64,000 nt of DNA from positions 13,888,001-13,952,000 of the forward strand of contig JBHGNT010000020.1 of NCBI GenBank assembly GCA_043228905.1. Reading direction: 5' to 3'. The stretch's first letter is position 1. Each line of letters begins with the position of its first letter. This document shows positions 1-13,650 of the stretch, in pieces. A program made the translations under genes and the position numbers. A model generated the notes under the pieces. The model was given only the letters and a program-made list of their open reading frames with translations, was not told where the DNA came from and ran no database searches. The stretch comes from Azolla caroliniana. Lineage: Eukaryota; Plantae; Polypodiophyta.

Positions 1-390
1 ACATTAGTTTTCCTAATTATTATATGCATATAACATTAGATCAACTAATTATATGTATGTAACATTAGCTTCACTAATTAAATGTGACATTAGCTTTCCT
101 AATTATATGTTGCATATAACATTAGATTCACTAATTATATGCATGTAACATTAGCTTTCCTAATCACATGTTGCATATAACATTAGATTCACTAATTATA
201 TGTATGTAACATTAGCTTCACTAATTAAATGTGACATTAGATTTCCTAATTATATGCATATAACATTAGCTTCACTAATTATATGTATGTAACATTAGCT
301 TCACTAATTATATGTATGTAACATTAGCTTTCCTAATTAATGCATATAACATTAGATTCACTAATTATATGTATGTAACATTAGCTTCAC
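1..390. repeat. AT-rich minisatellite, ~27-31 bp unit (ACATTAG[A/C]TTCACTAATTATATG[T/C]ATGTA), about 13 copies, truncated by window start
   Basis: Recurrent ACATTAG...CTAATTA...TATG units read directly. The array ends about 170 bp before the SLBP ATG. Confidence 0.9.
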
Positions 391-562
391 TTTTGAAAAC
401 TTCCCCAGAGTTCACCTAACCTTCAAGATTTTAGGATTCTGCAGATTTCCCTGAGATTAGGGTCTCGCAGAACTCAGATTAGGTTTTGTTTATTCTTTCT
501 CCGGGTTTTCTTGCTGCTGTAACGGCGTGGCATATCGGTCCATCCTAGAAGAGATCGTACGT

Positions 563-2727
563 ATGGATGTTGTATCAGAATGCGTGTCGAGAAGCGGATG
601 CGATGATTCTGAATCTCCACCTGGAAGCCATCTCAGGGTCTCATTCGGAAACATTGAATCCCGCAGGTATGGGAACTTCTTCTCTTTCAAATATGGAAAC
701 CGTAGACCTTGCAGGAATGTAAGCTTCGGATCTCGCAGATATGGAAACGGCAGATCTTTGGAAAGAGAGGAACATTTTGGGGCAAACGGAAGAGATGTAC
801 GCGCAGAATGTAGGTATGGAAATTGTCCATCTTCTAGCTATGAAAGCTGCGGATCTTTGGAAAGGGAGACACATGTACAGAGAAAGGAATCGGATTTATG
901 TGTAGAGTTTCTAAAGAGAAGCTGCGATTTTGAAAATCTTCCTGGAAGCCATCTCAGATGTAGATACGGAAACTGTGAAGTGCAAGAAAGAAAACTAAAT
1001 GTTCAGAGAAGAAGAACTAGTGTATGTGTTGAATATTGTAGTAAGAAAGTCTGCAATTCTGAAACTCCTTGTAGCAGTGTCAGATATTTAAACAGTGAAT
1101 CGTTGCAAAAGGAGAAGAGAGAAAGAACAGGTGTTTGTAGAGAAGAATGTGGTAAGAGGTTCTGTGATTCTGGAACTCGTGGAACCGATCTGAATAGTAG
1201 GTATGGAAATGATGAATCTTGCAATAGAGAGATGAAGGTTCAGAGAAAAGGAACAGATGAATGTATTTTCTGGGATGAGAAATGTCTTCTAGGTCTAGAT
1301 TCGGGCAGAGTAGGAGAAACCCATGGTATCAAATCCTCTGCATCTGAGTATATAGATCGAAGAAAGGAAATCAGCGTAGAAAGTCCTCTTCCATGGAGGA
1401 AATCACACTTATCTCATTGTTCTACCAACCAAAAAGTGAAAGATTCAAATAACAAGAAAGATATACATCGCAACATGCTTGACAGCATCAGAAGAGATGA
1501 AAACACTGAAAACAGAGAAGAAGTTGAATTCACTTCGCCACTTTCTCCATTGCCATCAGCGAGAAAAGATTTTTCAAATGAAGGAATATCTGCAGCCAAC
1601 TTTGATAAGGTGCAGAAAGGCAATCCTTCTTCAGGGAGGACTTGTCCACGTGTGCTTATTGATGTTACCAATAAGTTCAAACTAAAGTCACCAGGTTTGC
1701 AGTCTTTCTGATGAAGATTTTGCTTTATTGAAATCTTGAACATGATTTTTATGTGGATGTCTGTGATTTATTGCTTCCTTGTAGTTGTAAAACAACCAGT
1801 GCAGGAAAATGATATACACCGCTTATGTCAAAGGCAGAAGCAAATCGAATATGGGAAGAATACGTCAGGATATGAACGTTACATCGAGCTGATACCAATG
1901 TATTATTCTGTTTTTCCAGTTGATGATGTGAACTTTGCAATAATGATTGGATGATCTTTTTGAGTTAACCCTTGCACTCTTTTAGTCAGAAATATATTGC
2001 TTAATGTATATTTTTGGTTTAAACTTAACTTTTAAGGCCATCTAATTGGAAACACGTTGCTAGCATTGATAATTGTATATATTTTTGAATCCATAGCAGT
2101 ATATGTTTTTGAATAAAAACTGCAGTCTTTTCTTCAGGAAGACATTGCAAAATATCAACAATATGTTTTGACAAAACCCTATCAGTAGGATTAATGTTTA
2201 TATATGTTTTTGATTAAACCTTAGTACTCTTCTAATCAGAAACGCATTGTTTAAATTCTACATTATAAGGTCTAAAAGGAAAAGTAAAGATCCTCATACT
2301 CCAGATCCCAAGCAAACATGCAGTAAACGCAGCTGGGACGGACAGATTCGCAAGTGGAGAAGATTGTTACATGATTATGATCCTCCCCTTGAAGAGGGAG
2401 CAGAAGAAGCAGAAGATTTCAGTATCTTAGAGACAAATGGGAAATGTGAGAATCAGGAAGATAGTGCACAAAGTTTGAAAGTAACAAGTGATATATCGAC
2501 AAGGTATTGTTCTTTTTATTGTATTGTGCATAACGTCACTATATTTTTGTTTGTTTTGTTCAAACATTAAATTTTGGTTGTGTAATGTTTGAATGAATAC
2601 ACTGTAGAAGCTCATGTATAATTATCATACATAATCATGATTCAGGTCTGAAGGACAGAAAGCAGGAAGTGGTTATTCAGAGAAAAGCTTGGAGCTCTCT
2701 ATCTATGAAGATTGGGTGGAGTCTTGA
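563..2727 (+). CDS. SLBP: Histone RNA stem-loop (hairpin) binding protein homolog, 4 exons (563-1694, 1785-1899, 2270-2503, 2646-2727), ~520 aa
   Basis: Spliced exons 2-3 encode ENDIHRLCQRQKQIEYGKNTSGYERYIELIPMSKRKSKDPHTPDPKQTCSKRSWDGQIRKWRRLLHDYDP. This aligns motif for motif with the SLBP RNA-binding domain (human RRQKQINYGKNT..YDRY...HPKTPNK...SRRSWDQQIKLWK..LH.WDP). All introns are GT-AG with consistent phases and the total is 1563 nt, in frame. An acidic stretch follows the domain. The start codon (ATG 563) is inferred. Confidence 0.92.
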
Positions 2728-5348
2728 AGATGATATATTCTCATGTCAATAGTTTTCTGAAGCTTCTCAAAGTGATGCAAATAGCTTATCATTCTTTCTT
2801 TTTTTTGAGTTTGATCCATTCATTGGTTCGTGCTTGCGCAAATTTTTATGCCACTATAGAAGAAGTCATAAAGAATTCTAATCTCTGTGACAATTTTGTA
2901 GTAAATCAAGGTAAAGGTTATCTTCTTCATATCAACCCAATGGTGTTTTCTTCAATTTATATCCACAAATTGAAGAAATGATCACCATTTTATATTTAAG
3001 ACCACGCCAAACGTTGAAGCCTCTATCTCTTACTTACAGCTCAAATTTGCCCTAGAAGTTACACGAAGAAGGTTTGAATTTGTATATGTTTGATTGCCTT
3101 CAAACCAATTATTGTATTGATGGTCATATGGTTCAACGCATGGAGAAAGGGCTTCTATTCTCTTTTCTATTTGAGATATCATTACCAATGTGAAAGCCTA
3201 GCTTTTTGTAGGAACTTAAATTATTTGAATGGGATTGCGAATCTAGAAGTCAATCCAAGGGCAGAAGAATATTTGCTACTCATGGTCACGAACCTAATAA
3301 TGTGCCGTCAACAGGCTGACATTTTCTTACCAATTGCTTTTAAAATTCCCTTTCTCACCAACTGCTAAATTAATTGGCACTTGGAGTTAATGATGCAGTA
3401 GATTATATAGATAATTCAATGCCTTGACTGTTTACACTCATTCGGTGGTAACAATAGCTGATTGTATGCAAATTAGGAGTTGAAGACAAGGCATTTCAGC
3501 CCATTCTGATAGAAGGACGTGCCGTCATGGGATTCAACTCATCCGCAGCCATAAAAGTCTATGGAGTTCTGATTCTTATATGGGAGAACTTACCCAGGAA
3601 AGGATCAGTTAAGAGAAAGAGTGCAAAATTACTTTCAATGAAGAGTGATATCAAATGCTGCTTGAAATGACCATTAGCAATCCTTCTCTCAGAGTTGTTG
3701 AACTCAATACCTTGGTTTTGTGTGCATGTTGCTATAAGAAAGTTGTCCAACAATTGGCAATTCCACTAGCCCCAAAAACATCACGAAGACAACTGACCCA
3801 TTGATAAAGAGTTTCTTTTGAATACAGGTGTCGTCAATTAAATTTTACTCCAGGCAATAGGAGTCAGCAACAGCTCGCCTCAAACTTAAATTGAGCTGTT
3901 AAAACCATTTCAAAACTGTTTGATGGTTTGCTTTTGCTCGGTTTAGGCTCATGCTTTTTTAATCAGTTTGAGCTCAAACTGAACTGAATCGGATTGGGCC
4001 AAACCAGTTTACAAGCCTATTAAGGCGTAACTTGGTTTGGTTAAATCTGTTAAGCCAACCATTCTAGGAACTGGTTTGGTTCAAGTTTGAAAACTTCCAA
4101 ACCAGTGAGGGGTTAACTAGTTTGGTTTGGACAAGGCCAAATTGGTTAAACCAAAACCATTTGCAACCCATTGTTGATGGTAGATGCAAACCTAGTGATA
4201 GTTTTTAAGACACTTTTGAGTCTTTAAGTCCTATTTTAGAGTGGTAAGTTGAATGTCGAAAGCTTAACTTAAATATTTTAAAGGGAACATTCTTAAATTT
4301 GAGTTAAAATGGAATGAAAAATATTGTATCAACATAGCTTATATGATATGTTGAACTAAATATTAAAACTAAAAACCGAGATATACTAAATGCATGATAT
4401 GGTTTGTAAAATCTATGTTGTTACGGGCATTTTTAACCATAAGTCTCAATCTCAAGCCAATTGCCGAATTAGATTGTATTTTGCATGTAGTTCCCCAACA
4501 TAAATGTCTTTGTAGCATTTCTAGAAGAGTACCATGGGGCAAACCTCTTCTTCTTGCAATGCTTCAGTTGACTATTCTCTTTCATGGCATGATGATGTCT
4601 CCAACTTATTTGTCTCTTGGATCTTTGCTACATGAACATGTGAAATTGTAAAAAGGTTAGTTGAATTGTATGTTCGACCACAAAGAGCTGCCAAGGAGAA
4701 GCTCTTGATGAATTTTCACTCATAACAAGGTAGTCTTTAATGCTGAAAAGAGATGTCATTTTCTCAAATTATTTGCAGGCAAAATAATGTTGACATAAAA
4801 GGTCCCATGAAAGAAGTATTTTAATCAGCATTGAATGTGATGGCTATTTATATCATTCTTAAAGACGAAGAAACTTCCTTATAAATGGATCACAGTCATT
4901 AACATTAGTACAAAATACTTACCCAGCAATCTTGATTCTCAATGTTTGAAGTGGAATCATGAATCTTTTCTATATTTATGTTTAGGTTTTTTTAGCTAAA
5001 GTTAAGGGGTAGCTTTCTAAATTCTATCTACTAGTTTTACTAGATGTAGATCAAAATTCTTTGCAACCCGAGGTGGGTGTGCTACATTTCACACCATAGA
5101 AGCCCCCCAACTTCAAAGGCTAATGCTTTTGTCATGAAGGTTATGGATTCACCTAACTCCATAAGGTGTACATTCATGTAGAGAATACACAAAATCTTTC
5201 TATATAGATGGCCCTTGTGTCAAAGCTATCACATTAACTAAAAAGTCAATGCTATAACATTAGCTCCTTTTGCCAAGAATGCAATTGCTAATGTACACTT
5301 GGTGAAGTCATTCTTTGGGAGCAAACTTTTAGTGTGCATGGTCTCAAA

Positions 5349-5692
5349 CTCAAATTTGAAGAATTTTGTTAGTGAATAGAACCAACTTTGTTGGTTGAGA
5401 CTTGAACCACAACCTTAATGTGACAGAACACCATGCCAATATATTTGGATCCTAGAATTGAAATGTAGTAAATTGGTGATTGATAAAGCAATTGTCAACG
5501 CCGACTTGTTGAAGCTATTCTTTATGATCAAACTTTCACTATTCAATGATCTGAAGCTCAAATTTGAGGAATTTTGTTAGTGAATAGGACAAGCTCAGTT
5601 GCTTGAGCCTTGCATACCAACATTTATGTGACAACGCACCATACTTATATACTTTTGAATTTTAGAAGTGAAATAATGTAAATTGGTGATTG
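5349..5692. repeat. Diverged tandem duplication, period ~208 bp
   Basis: CTCAAATTTGA.GAATTTTGTTAGTGAATAG...GTAAATTGGTGATTGATA occurs at ~5349 and ~5557. Confidence 0.65.
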
Positions 5693-8600
5693 ATATATGA
5701 TATAAAAGATCTAAAGTCTCAAATGTGATCTATAAATACAATACTTCCACATTGTGTGTAACATCTTGTTAGGTCATAAGCATGATCAAGATAATACACA
5801 TTTTGTCGGGTATATGCTAAAGTTACACTAAATGGAAGCAAAAAATATGCACGCTTAGCTTACACTCGTGTAGTCTATAAAGGAGAAAGCGAGACCTTAT
5901 CTTCCACACATCTAGTAAAAAGATGTAAAGATAAGATTTGGAAGGGGAAAGAGAACCTCAATGGGTTTTAATGTGAGCATGTGTAGGACCTCTATTGCCC
6001 AAAAGTGCATATGCTATACGCGTTCATTTTTTTAATATATCACATTTATATGCGTATAGACATCATACTTTGACATACTTACTATTCATTCCTCTTGATA
6101 GAAGGAAGAATAGAAGTGTCCATTAACCCCAATAGAATTTCTACTTTGACTACATTTTGACATGAATTTAATAGTGATTAGATTATACGTAATATAACGT
6201 GTTGGTTCACAGTTAGAATATGAAACACGGAATTTCATGTGGCAAATTTGAAATCAAAATAAGAATCTAATATGGCATTATGGTGTCATTAAAGTACCTC
6301 ATGTGTAATGTGATACATGAACTAGGACAATATATGTACTTGGACACAACATTAGGATAGTACTACTGATTGGATACAGTTGAGTTTAAGACAAATTCAT
6401 ATTTATTAAATTATTACATGAAGTGAATGTGACAACATTTGTTGGTGGTGTTGATATTTAGATGCACATAGTATTAACAAATTCATAAGGTGTCGAAATG
6501 CTACTATTCAACAATATCATCTTTGCTAATGACAAACACTTGATTAAAAAAAGATCTAAACTAGCTTTATTTATGGTGATATTGGCCTCTAATGTAAGAC
6601 AAGTAATTGAGCACGTCAAGTCTAAGGTGGATTTATATTTGTGTTACATGAAACGAATGTGACATTAGTGTGTTGGTGGTGTTGATATCTAGATGCATAT
6701 AATGAGTCTAAATGCCATTGTTTAACAACATGTTGTTCACAAATAACAAATAGATTATTTGTAAATTATGCTTTATTTATGCTCAAACCAATCTTTGATG
6801 CAACATGCATGGGATCAACATACAATCATCTAATGAGTTGGGTTGAAACAATATGTGTATTTGAAGCTTCCTTAATTAACCTCTTTCTCTTTGTCTCTAT
6901 CCCACTCTCTCTCACACACACATGTAATATATGGATGCTTATTTATTATTGATGCTATGTGCTTCATTATGCATCCAATATGAAGTTAAAAGTCTGTTTG
7001 CATTCTAGATTTACTATTTGTAAAGACAAAAGAAAAGCCATTGCTTTAAAGGCTCCACGGAAACAATATATCACAAGAGCAAAGTCTCAATTCATAGTCA
7101 TACTTCGAAGTCTAAAGGTTGAGAAATGGATGAGGAAGTTAATGCACCGCAAACTTTTCCAAAACACCTTCGTCAATGCCACGAGCATTCAGAACTCATG
7201 TGTCTCGTCATCAAACTACCACCACATATCAAAGTTGGTATTCAGATTAGGTGGAAGAGAGAATAATAATCGGAAGGTTCTTGGTTTGGAAGGATTTTGA
7301 AAGATCATCCACATAACACTTTTGGTGAAAACAAAACATTTCACATTTCATTCTTCACATTATAGCAATTTCAATCTCTTCTAATTTCCATATAGGAAAT
7401 TCTACCAAAATTCCTTGACCTCATGACAACATGTTTTCACCACTTGTTGCCATAGCACCCTTTTTCGGCTCTTATGTGAAGCAATCCTTGGTTGAAAACC
7501 ACAAGGGCGATAATGGAAAAAGGCACATGGAACGTTGTGAGGATGCTGATAATTTGAGCATTTTTTAGCCTTGAAAGCCGCATATTAAAGTATAAATATG
7601 GTTCAAGCCTCAAGTTGTAACATTTTAAGGCTCGCGTTGAAGATGTGGGGCAATGATTCTGATGGTTCAAATGTTACATAATCACATTATGAAAGGCATG
7701 TGAGAGGGTGAAATAAGGGGCAATGATTCAAACATGTTAGTGACAGTTGTCCAAATTCAACCATTTTGAACCATACATGAGCATAATGCCTTGAAATGCC
7801 ATTCCTATCATTTTCGCTCCTTGTTTTGTGGAAACAACAGGTGTTAATATGTTTTAGGAGCAAACTCTTAGTACATGCTCTCAACTAAATTTACGAGGAG
7901 TTTTTATAACAAATGTACATCAAACCCCACAACATTAATGTTACAAAAGCACAACCTTCATAACTAGACCATTGTGTTGTAACCTCATGAGGCTATAAGC
8001 AATTATGCCGAGGAACATCTAAAGGTCTCTTGTATGTGTTCAAAAGGCAACACTTTCATATTATGTTTTGGAGCAATTGTTTGTGCTATAATAACTCAAG
8101 GAATCTATTGGCAACGATGAATGATGTAGAGAGGCAACACAAAATGAAACTTATAGTGACAATTTGGGGATAGTCTCTCCATAATGTAGAAAGTCAATGG
8201 TTTTACGTTGTAAGGATTGAGGCTTGTATTGGTAGGACTTAAGAGACACTCTTAGAGTACATTGTGTTTCTTATGGAGATAATAACTTTTATAGAAAAAG
8301 ACATTGATAATGATCAATCAGCAAACTAGTGAATTGAATATTATCAGGCACTTAAATGATGGTTGTGGGTGTCGGTGGTTCCAAAAGCAAAAAGCAAAAA
8401 GCAAAAAAGTAGAGATGAAACATCAATTGTGGCCCCAAAAAGTTCTCTTAATACAACAAATATTGCAAAGAGCAAATGATGGGGACTACCCATTCTTGCG
8501 ACATTGATAAATGACATGTCACACACACACAAACACATGTATGTATATGCATACATGTTTTTGTGGCAAAGCAATGCCTAAAGAGAGATACATACACACT

Positions 8601-9362
8601 TTTGCTTGAGAATACATGATGTCTACATACATGCATGATAATACATTTATTATGTATTTATGCGTATTGATACATACTAATGTATGCTTGGATTTGCAAA
8701 AACAAATGTGAATTGATGCATATTCCAACAAACTTTTGCTTGCGAATCATACATGCATAGACACATACACATGGCCACATACATGCATACATATCTTGGT
8801 CTAGGCAGTAACTATCTGTTTTTGCTTGCAAATGCATGAGTGCATACATACATTAGTAGATGAGTGTATCCATGTGTATCCATACATACACAAATTTGGT
8901 TGCATATTTGTCTTCATACATACATACATACATACATGTTACTTGAATATGCTTTTTGACAATATAAAAGTGATATAAGTCAATATTTGATGACTATTTT
9001 TTCTACACTTTTAATGGGCTATCTCGAACATATAAATGCACCTTCATTACCATATACTTCTCAAAAGTTTACACATTGTGTTGTGAGTAATCAAGTGTTT
9101 TACTTTACATTTTCCCTGAAATTCCCAGATTCTTTGCTATTCCTAGTACCTACATGCTGTTGGGAAGATCAATTCCAAATCCCATGCTATAAGTAAATAC
9201 TTTGAGCAATGGTTCATTCCAAATCCCTATGATATGACTGTATTCTTATAGTGAAGATTGATTCCAAATTCAATGATATGAGAACACATTCTTAATGTGA
9301 AAATCAAAAGTATTTCTCGACATTATTCATTCATTGGCGGTCTGTTGGATCTACCACTAACT

Positions 9363-12300
9363 ATGAAGATCTACCTCAATTATGCTCTGTTATGTGGTGT
9401 GATGTTGCTATTACATCTTTGTACTACTGAAAGCAGAGTTATTCACCTGGATAATGATGATACTGATCATGATGAAGACCTACCCTTACATTCAATAACT
9501 AATGGAAGAGGAAGGAACTTGTTATCCTCTTATAATCAATCTATGTATATATCTAAATACATTGTGGTGGACAAAGATGGTAATGGGAACTATAAAACAG
9601 TGCAAGAGGCAGTGGACTCTGTGCCAGATTACAACAAGAGATGGGTCTACATCCAGATCAATGCTGGCTTGTACATGTAAGATTAACAAGGTTACTAAAT
9701 AAGTTGATTCAGATGATTTATTTATGTATGCAATGTATGTGTGTGTGGGTGTGCAGGTATGATGGCATATATGTGTGTTATGTATGGGTATACCTTATCA
9801 CTAATAAGAATCAAGTAATCTTTATTTACATAAAACTTACCCTTATTACATGTATGTATGTCTGTATTATAACTTACATGTCTTGTAAGATCTATGCATA
9901 TCCTTACCCTGGTCTTTAATTCTTAAGTTCTACATGACATTGAAGCTGAGGCATGATTTATATGTGTGTAGTGAGAAGGTGACCATTGCATATACAAAAC
10001 CATTCATCATCTTTGAAGGGGCAGGAATGACATCAACAATCATAAGCTGGGATGATACAGCAAGCTCATACGGCACTGCAAATAGTGCCACTTTTTCGGC
10101 AAATGCGGATAGTTTTGTGGCAAGGGGCATTGGGTTCAGAGTATGTTGTAAACAAAGGCCTGGTCTCTCATTTTTTATCATGAAAATAAGATCAAATTTT
10201 AAGAGCACTGTAGTTCTAAATGTTGGATTTGTTCTCTAAATGTGTATAAACACGAAAAATTATGTGTATATATATGTATGCATATATTTGTTTGTGCTTA
10301 TTGTCATTATTTGTTCTTTTGTAACTAGAATTCAGCCCCCCCTCCCTCACCTGGTGCTTCAGGGGGCCAAGCAGTTGCTGTCTTCGCGGGCGGAGATATG
10401 ATGGCATTCTACAAGTGTGGATTCTATGGAGCTCAAGATACTTTGTTTGATGCTATAGGCAGGCATTACTTCAAAAAATGCTATATTGAAGGTTCCATTG
10501 ATTTCATCTTTGGATTTGGCCAATCTACTTACAAGGTAAAAAGCACTTTCAAAATGTACTTTTTAATTGATTTTGGGAAAGTTTAAAAACTTTCTGACCT
10601 CTTATGATCTCTCGCACTACGAATGTCCGAGAGAAATCCGTAATTTCGCATCTGTATTTAAAGACATTTGTGATCTCTTTCCTTTCATTGTTTCAGGCTT
10701 GTGATTTGTATGTGAATGCTCAAGAAGGTTACATATCTGGCTCAATTACAGCCCAGAAAAGGCAGGATCCAAATGACGCGAGCGGATTTGTGTTTGTGGA
10801 ATGCAATATCACGGGCACCGGCGAGGTGTTCCTAGGCCGCGCATGGGGCTCATATTCGCGTGTCATCTTCATGTATACATATATGAGCTCCATCATCATT
10901 CCAGAGGGTTGGTTTGATTGGGGCAAACCAGATAGAGAAAGGTATAATCCTCTTACACTCCAAAAATGGTGGATAAAATGCATGCTTGATAGTTTGCTTT
11001 AACTCAATCCAAAAACACATGAAGAGGTGATTCAACCCAATCTAAAGTCATTTAAAACAACTAGAAAAATAAGAAACAATCCTTAGGGATTGATAGACAT
11101 GTCTTTTGATCCATTCATATGCCACTTGTTTAACAAAGACCCCTAATACTTAAACCCCCAAGCTTGATAGTTTGGTTTAAGTCAATCCAAAAACACATAA
11201 AGTGGTAATTCAACCCAATCTAAAGTCATTTAAAACAAATAGAAAAATAAGAAGCAATCCTTAGGGATTGATAGACATGTCTTTTGATCGATTCATATGC
11301 CAATTGTCTTTCCTAATGTGTTTTGGACTAAAAGAAACAATAAAAGGAGATGATTTTATGATCTAGCTACCTATCCCGGTCCCCAGCTCACACGTGTCTT
11401 GTTATTATCCCAACCCCATTTTTGTTCCTAGTGTTTTAAACATTGTGGCCAAAGGGTTCCCAAACATTTGTTTTGTAATGAAAATAAGATAGTAGATAGG
11501 CAGTTGAGGCATCACCTAAACTACCAATAACAGTGGGTGATATTTGTTCTCGAAACCTTATTTCAATATGCGTAGGGCATTCCACTAATCGCGCGTAGTG
11601 TTACTGTAGTCTCCCTCTCAATGATTAAATGAGGTGTATCCATTGTTCAAAACATTTAATTTGCATAACAAGTTTAGAGTAGAGAGGTTTAAACGTCTTT
11701 ACTACAGTCGGAAAAGAATTTTGCCCCATGGAAATGTGTATTTTGTCATTGGGTTATATCTTAAAGCACATCAATGGCTAAGAGATGGTGTACTCTCTTA
11801 AATAAACCTACAAGCTCTATCCCTCACATTCAATGCTCATCATCTCTAACACAATAAATTGTCGAGACATTTCTTCCCTTGGGTCATGAAACTTGTGGTG
11901 GACATCAATATATCGTCATCTCTCTTGCTCAAAACATTGTTCAATATTTCTTTTGAGGGTATCCATTTTGTGGGTCGAAGGTTAAAAAATTAAGATTTTT
12001 TTTGCCTCTTTCTTGAATCTCTACCTAGAGGCTAGTGAAAATGATTTTCCAAGCATGTCGCCAAGCACACTATTTGTGAATCCATTATAAGACCATGTTA
12101 TCGCCCACATTGAAACTTAGTCATGATGCCAAATCAAATGGGTAGGTAAATGCCTTTATTGGTTCTATTTACTTGAATTTAAAGATATTTCTAGAGATCC
12201 GGGGTTCTATTGATTAACTTGATATGGAAGTACTTAAGTGCCTACTTTTTTTTATGGAATTCAAGGCAAAAATTTGAACCACTTGTAAATAACTTTTTGA

Positions 12301-13193
12301 GAATATTTTTAAGGCCATCTAGCACATACATGTTTGATTCAATTCCAAGTCTTGCTTGTTAATTATTTATGGTAAGTGCAGTGCGCCTTCACATGTGAAG
12401 TCTTAAAATGAGATGTCATTCTTAGTTCGGAAGGCAACGCTTAAGTTCCGATGGTAAACTAAATTGTTCTCCGTACCGGTGTAAAGTTCATGATCTGATT
12501 AAGCACTAGCAAGTTCATGTTTTCTAATACTCTCAAAGGTGGTAATGAATGTGTTTAAACAATGTGATAGTGCAAACAAAATGCAATTGTATGGTGTGCC
12601 ATTGGTCCCAATACACGAGACAAAGTAGGCTTAGCTCAAGGATATTATGTTTGTAATAAAAGGACAATATCTTATTTTTGTTTAAATTTACATTAACATT
12701 TTTAGTAACTTAACCTGAAGTAGAGGTTTCACTTATCCCTTTACACTCATAGAAAGTATAAGATATGTAAAGTGGCTTGAAAACATACAAATATATAATA
12801 AATTTTAAAACAATTTGACACAAAGGGAGTGAATATTGACTATGCCAAGAGAAGTATGTCCTCTATAAGAACATAAATAGTATGATGGTAATCATTATTT
12901 GCCTGCCTACATTTGCTTAATGGAAGCATGACCCATCCTCATATTTTCACTTATAATCAAATCATTTGTGTGTATAAAGTATATCTAGATATATTCGTAA
13001 TGATTTAAATTTCATTGGTTTTATGCATCTTTTACTTTGCAGGACTGTTTACTATGGTGAGTATAAATGTTATGGCCCAGGGGCGGACAACTCAAGGAGG
13101 GTACCGTGGTCTCACCAATTGACTGATAGTGAAGCACAACCATTTTTGGAAATCGATTACATTGATGGTGGGAGTTGGCTTCAAGAATCATAA
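9363..13193 (+). CDS. Pectin methylesterase (no PMEI pro-domain), 5 exons (9363-9676, 9972-10140, 10329-10535, 10697-10941, 13043-13193), ~361 aa
   Basis: Signal peptide followed by [40 protein letters not shown] and [11 protein letters not shown] motifs. GT-AG introns in consistent phase. Confidence 0.93.
10984..11303. repeat. ~140 bp direct duplication inside PME intron 4
   Basis: GCTTGATAGTTT...CAACCCAATCTAAAGTCATTTAAAACAA...GATAGACATGTCTTTTGATC.ATTCATATGCCA at ~10984 and ~11162. Confidence 0.85.
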
Positions 13194-13650
13194 TATTCTT
13201 GGATAAACACACATAGGAATACATCCCAAGGTTTTCATCATAATGCATAATTCCATTTTATATTTCCATCCACGAGTATGGATTGTTACCGTATGTAAAC
13301 AAAAGCACAAAGATGTATGCATTGTCCAAGTCATTGGTGTTGAAAAAACACCGACTAATGTTGGTGTTTAATTGTATAGGAACATCAATTGAAAGCACTC
13401 CATTATTTCAAGACCTATGAACACTAATATATTATTTGAAAGAAATAGATTCCACACATTGATCTAAAATATTCTTACATAATAACAATAGAATGCATTA
13501 AAAAATATTTGACAAAATATGCTTGCTATCACAATTGCAAGGTAATGCAGGTGAAGCTACACATCACTTTGCCTAGGATTTGCCTAGGAATTTAATCATT
13601 TTGTAAATGCTAGGACTGAAAGCGGAGCATATTCTTACCAATAAAATAAA

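Noticed and set aside
1-390. CRISPR-like appearance of short periodic repeats (also 31511-31800)
   Set aside because: No unique spacers, degenerate units and eukaryotic context: these are minisatellites.
527-1711. 394 aa single-exon orphan ORF starting at GTG
   Set aside because: Better explained as exon 1 of SLBP (ATG 563, donor at 1695, in phase with the RBD exons).
12095-12200. USE-like TCGCCCACATTG as a possible snRNA (U7) promoter
   Set aside because: No properly spaced TATA, guide complementary to TGAYGAT, or Sm site plus hairpin recognised. No U7 candidate could be supported anywhere in the window by eye.
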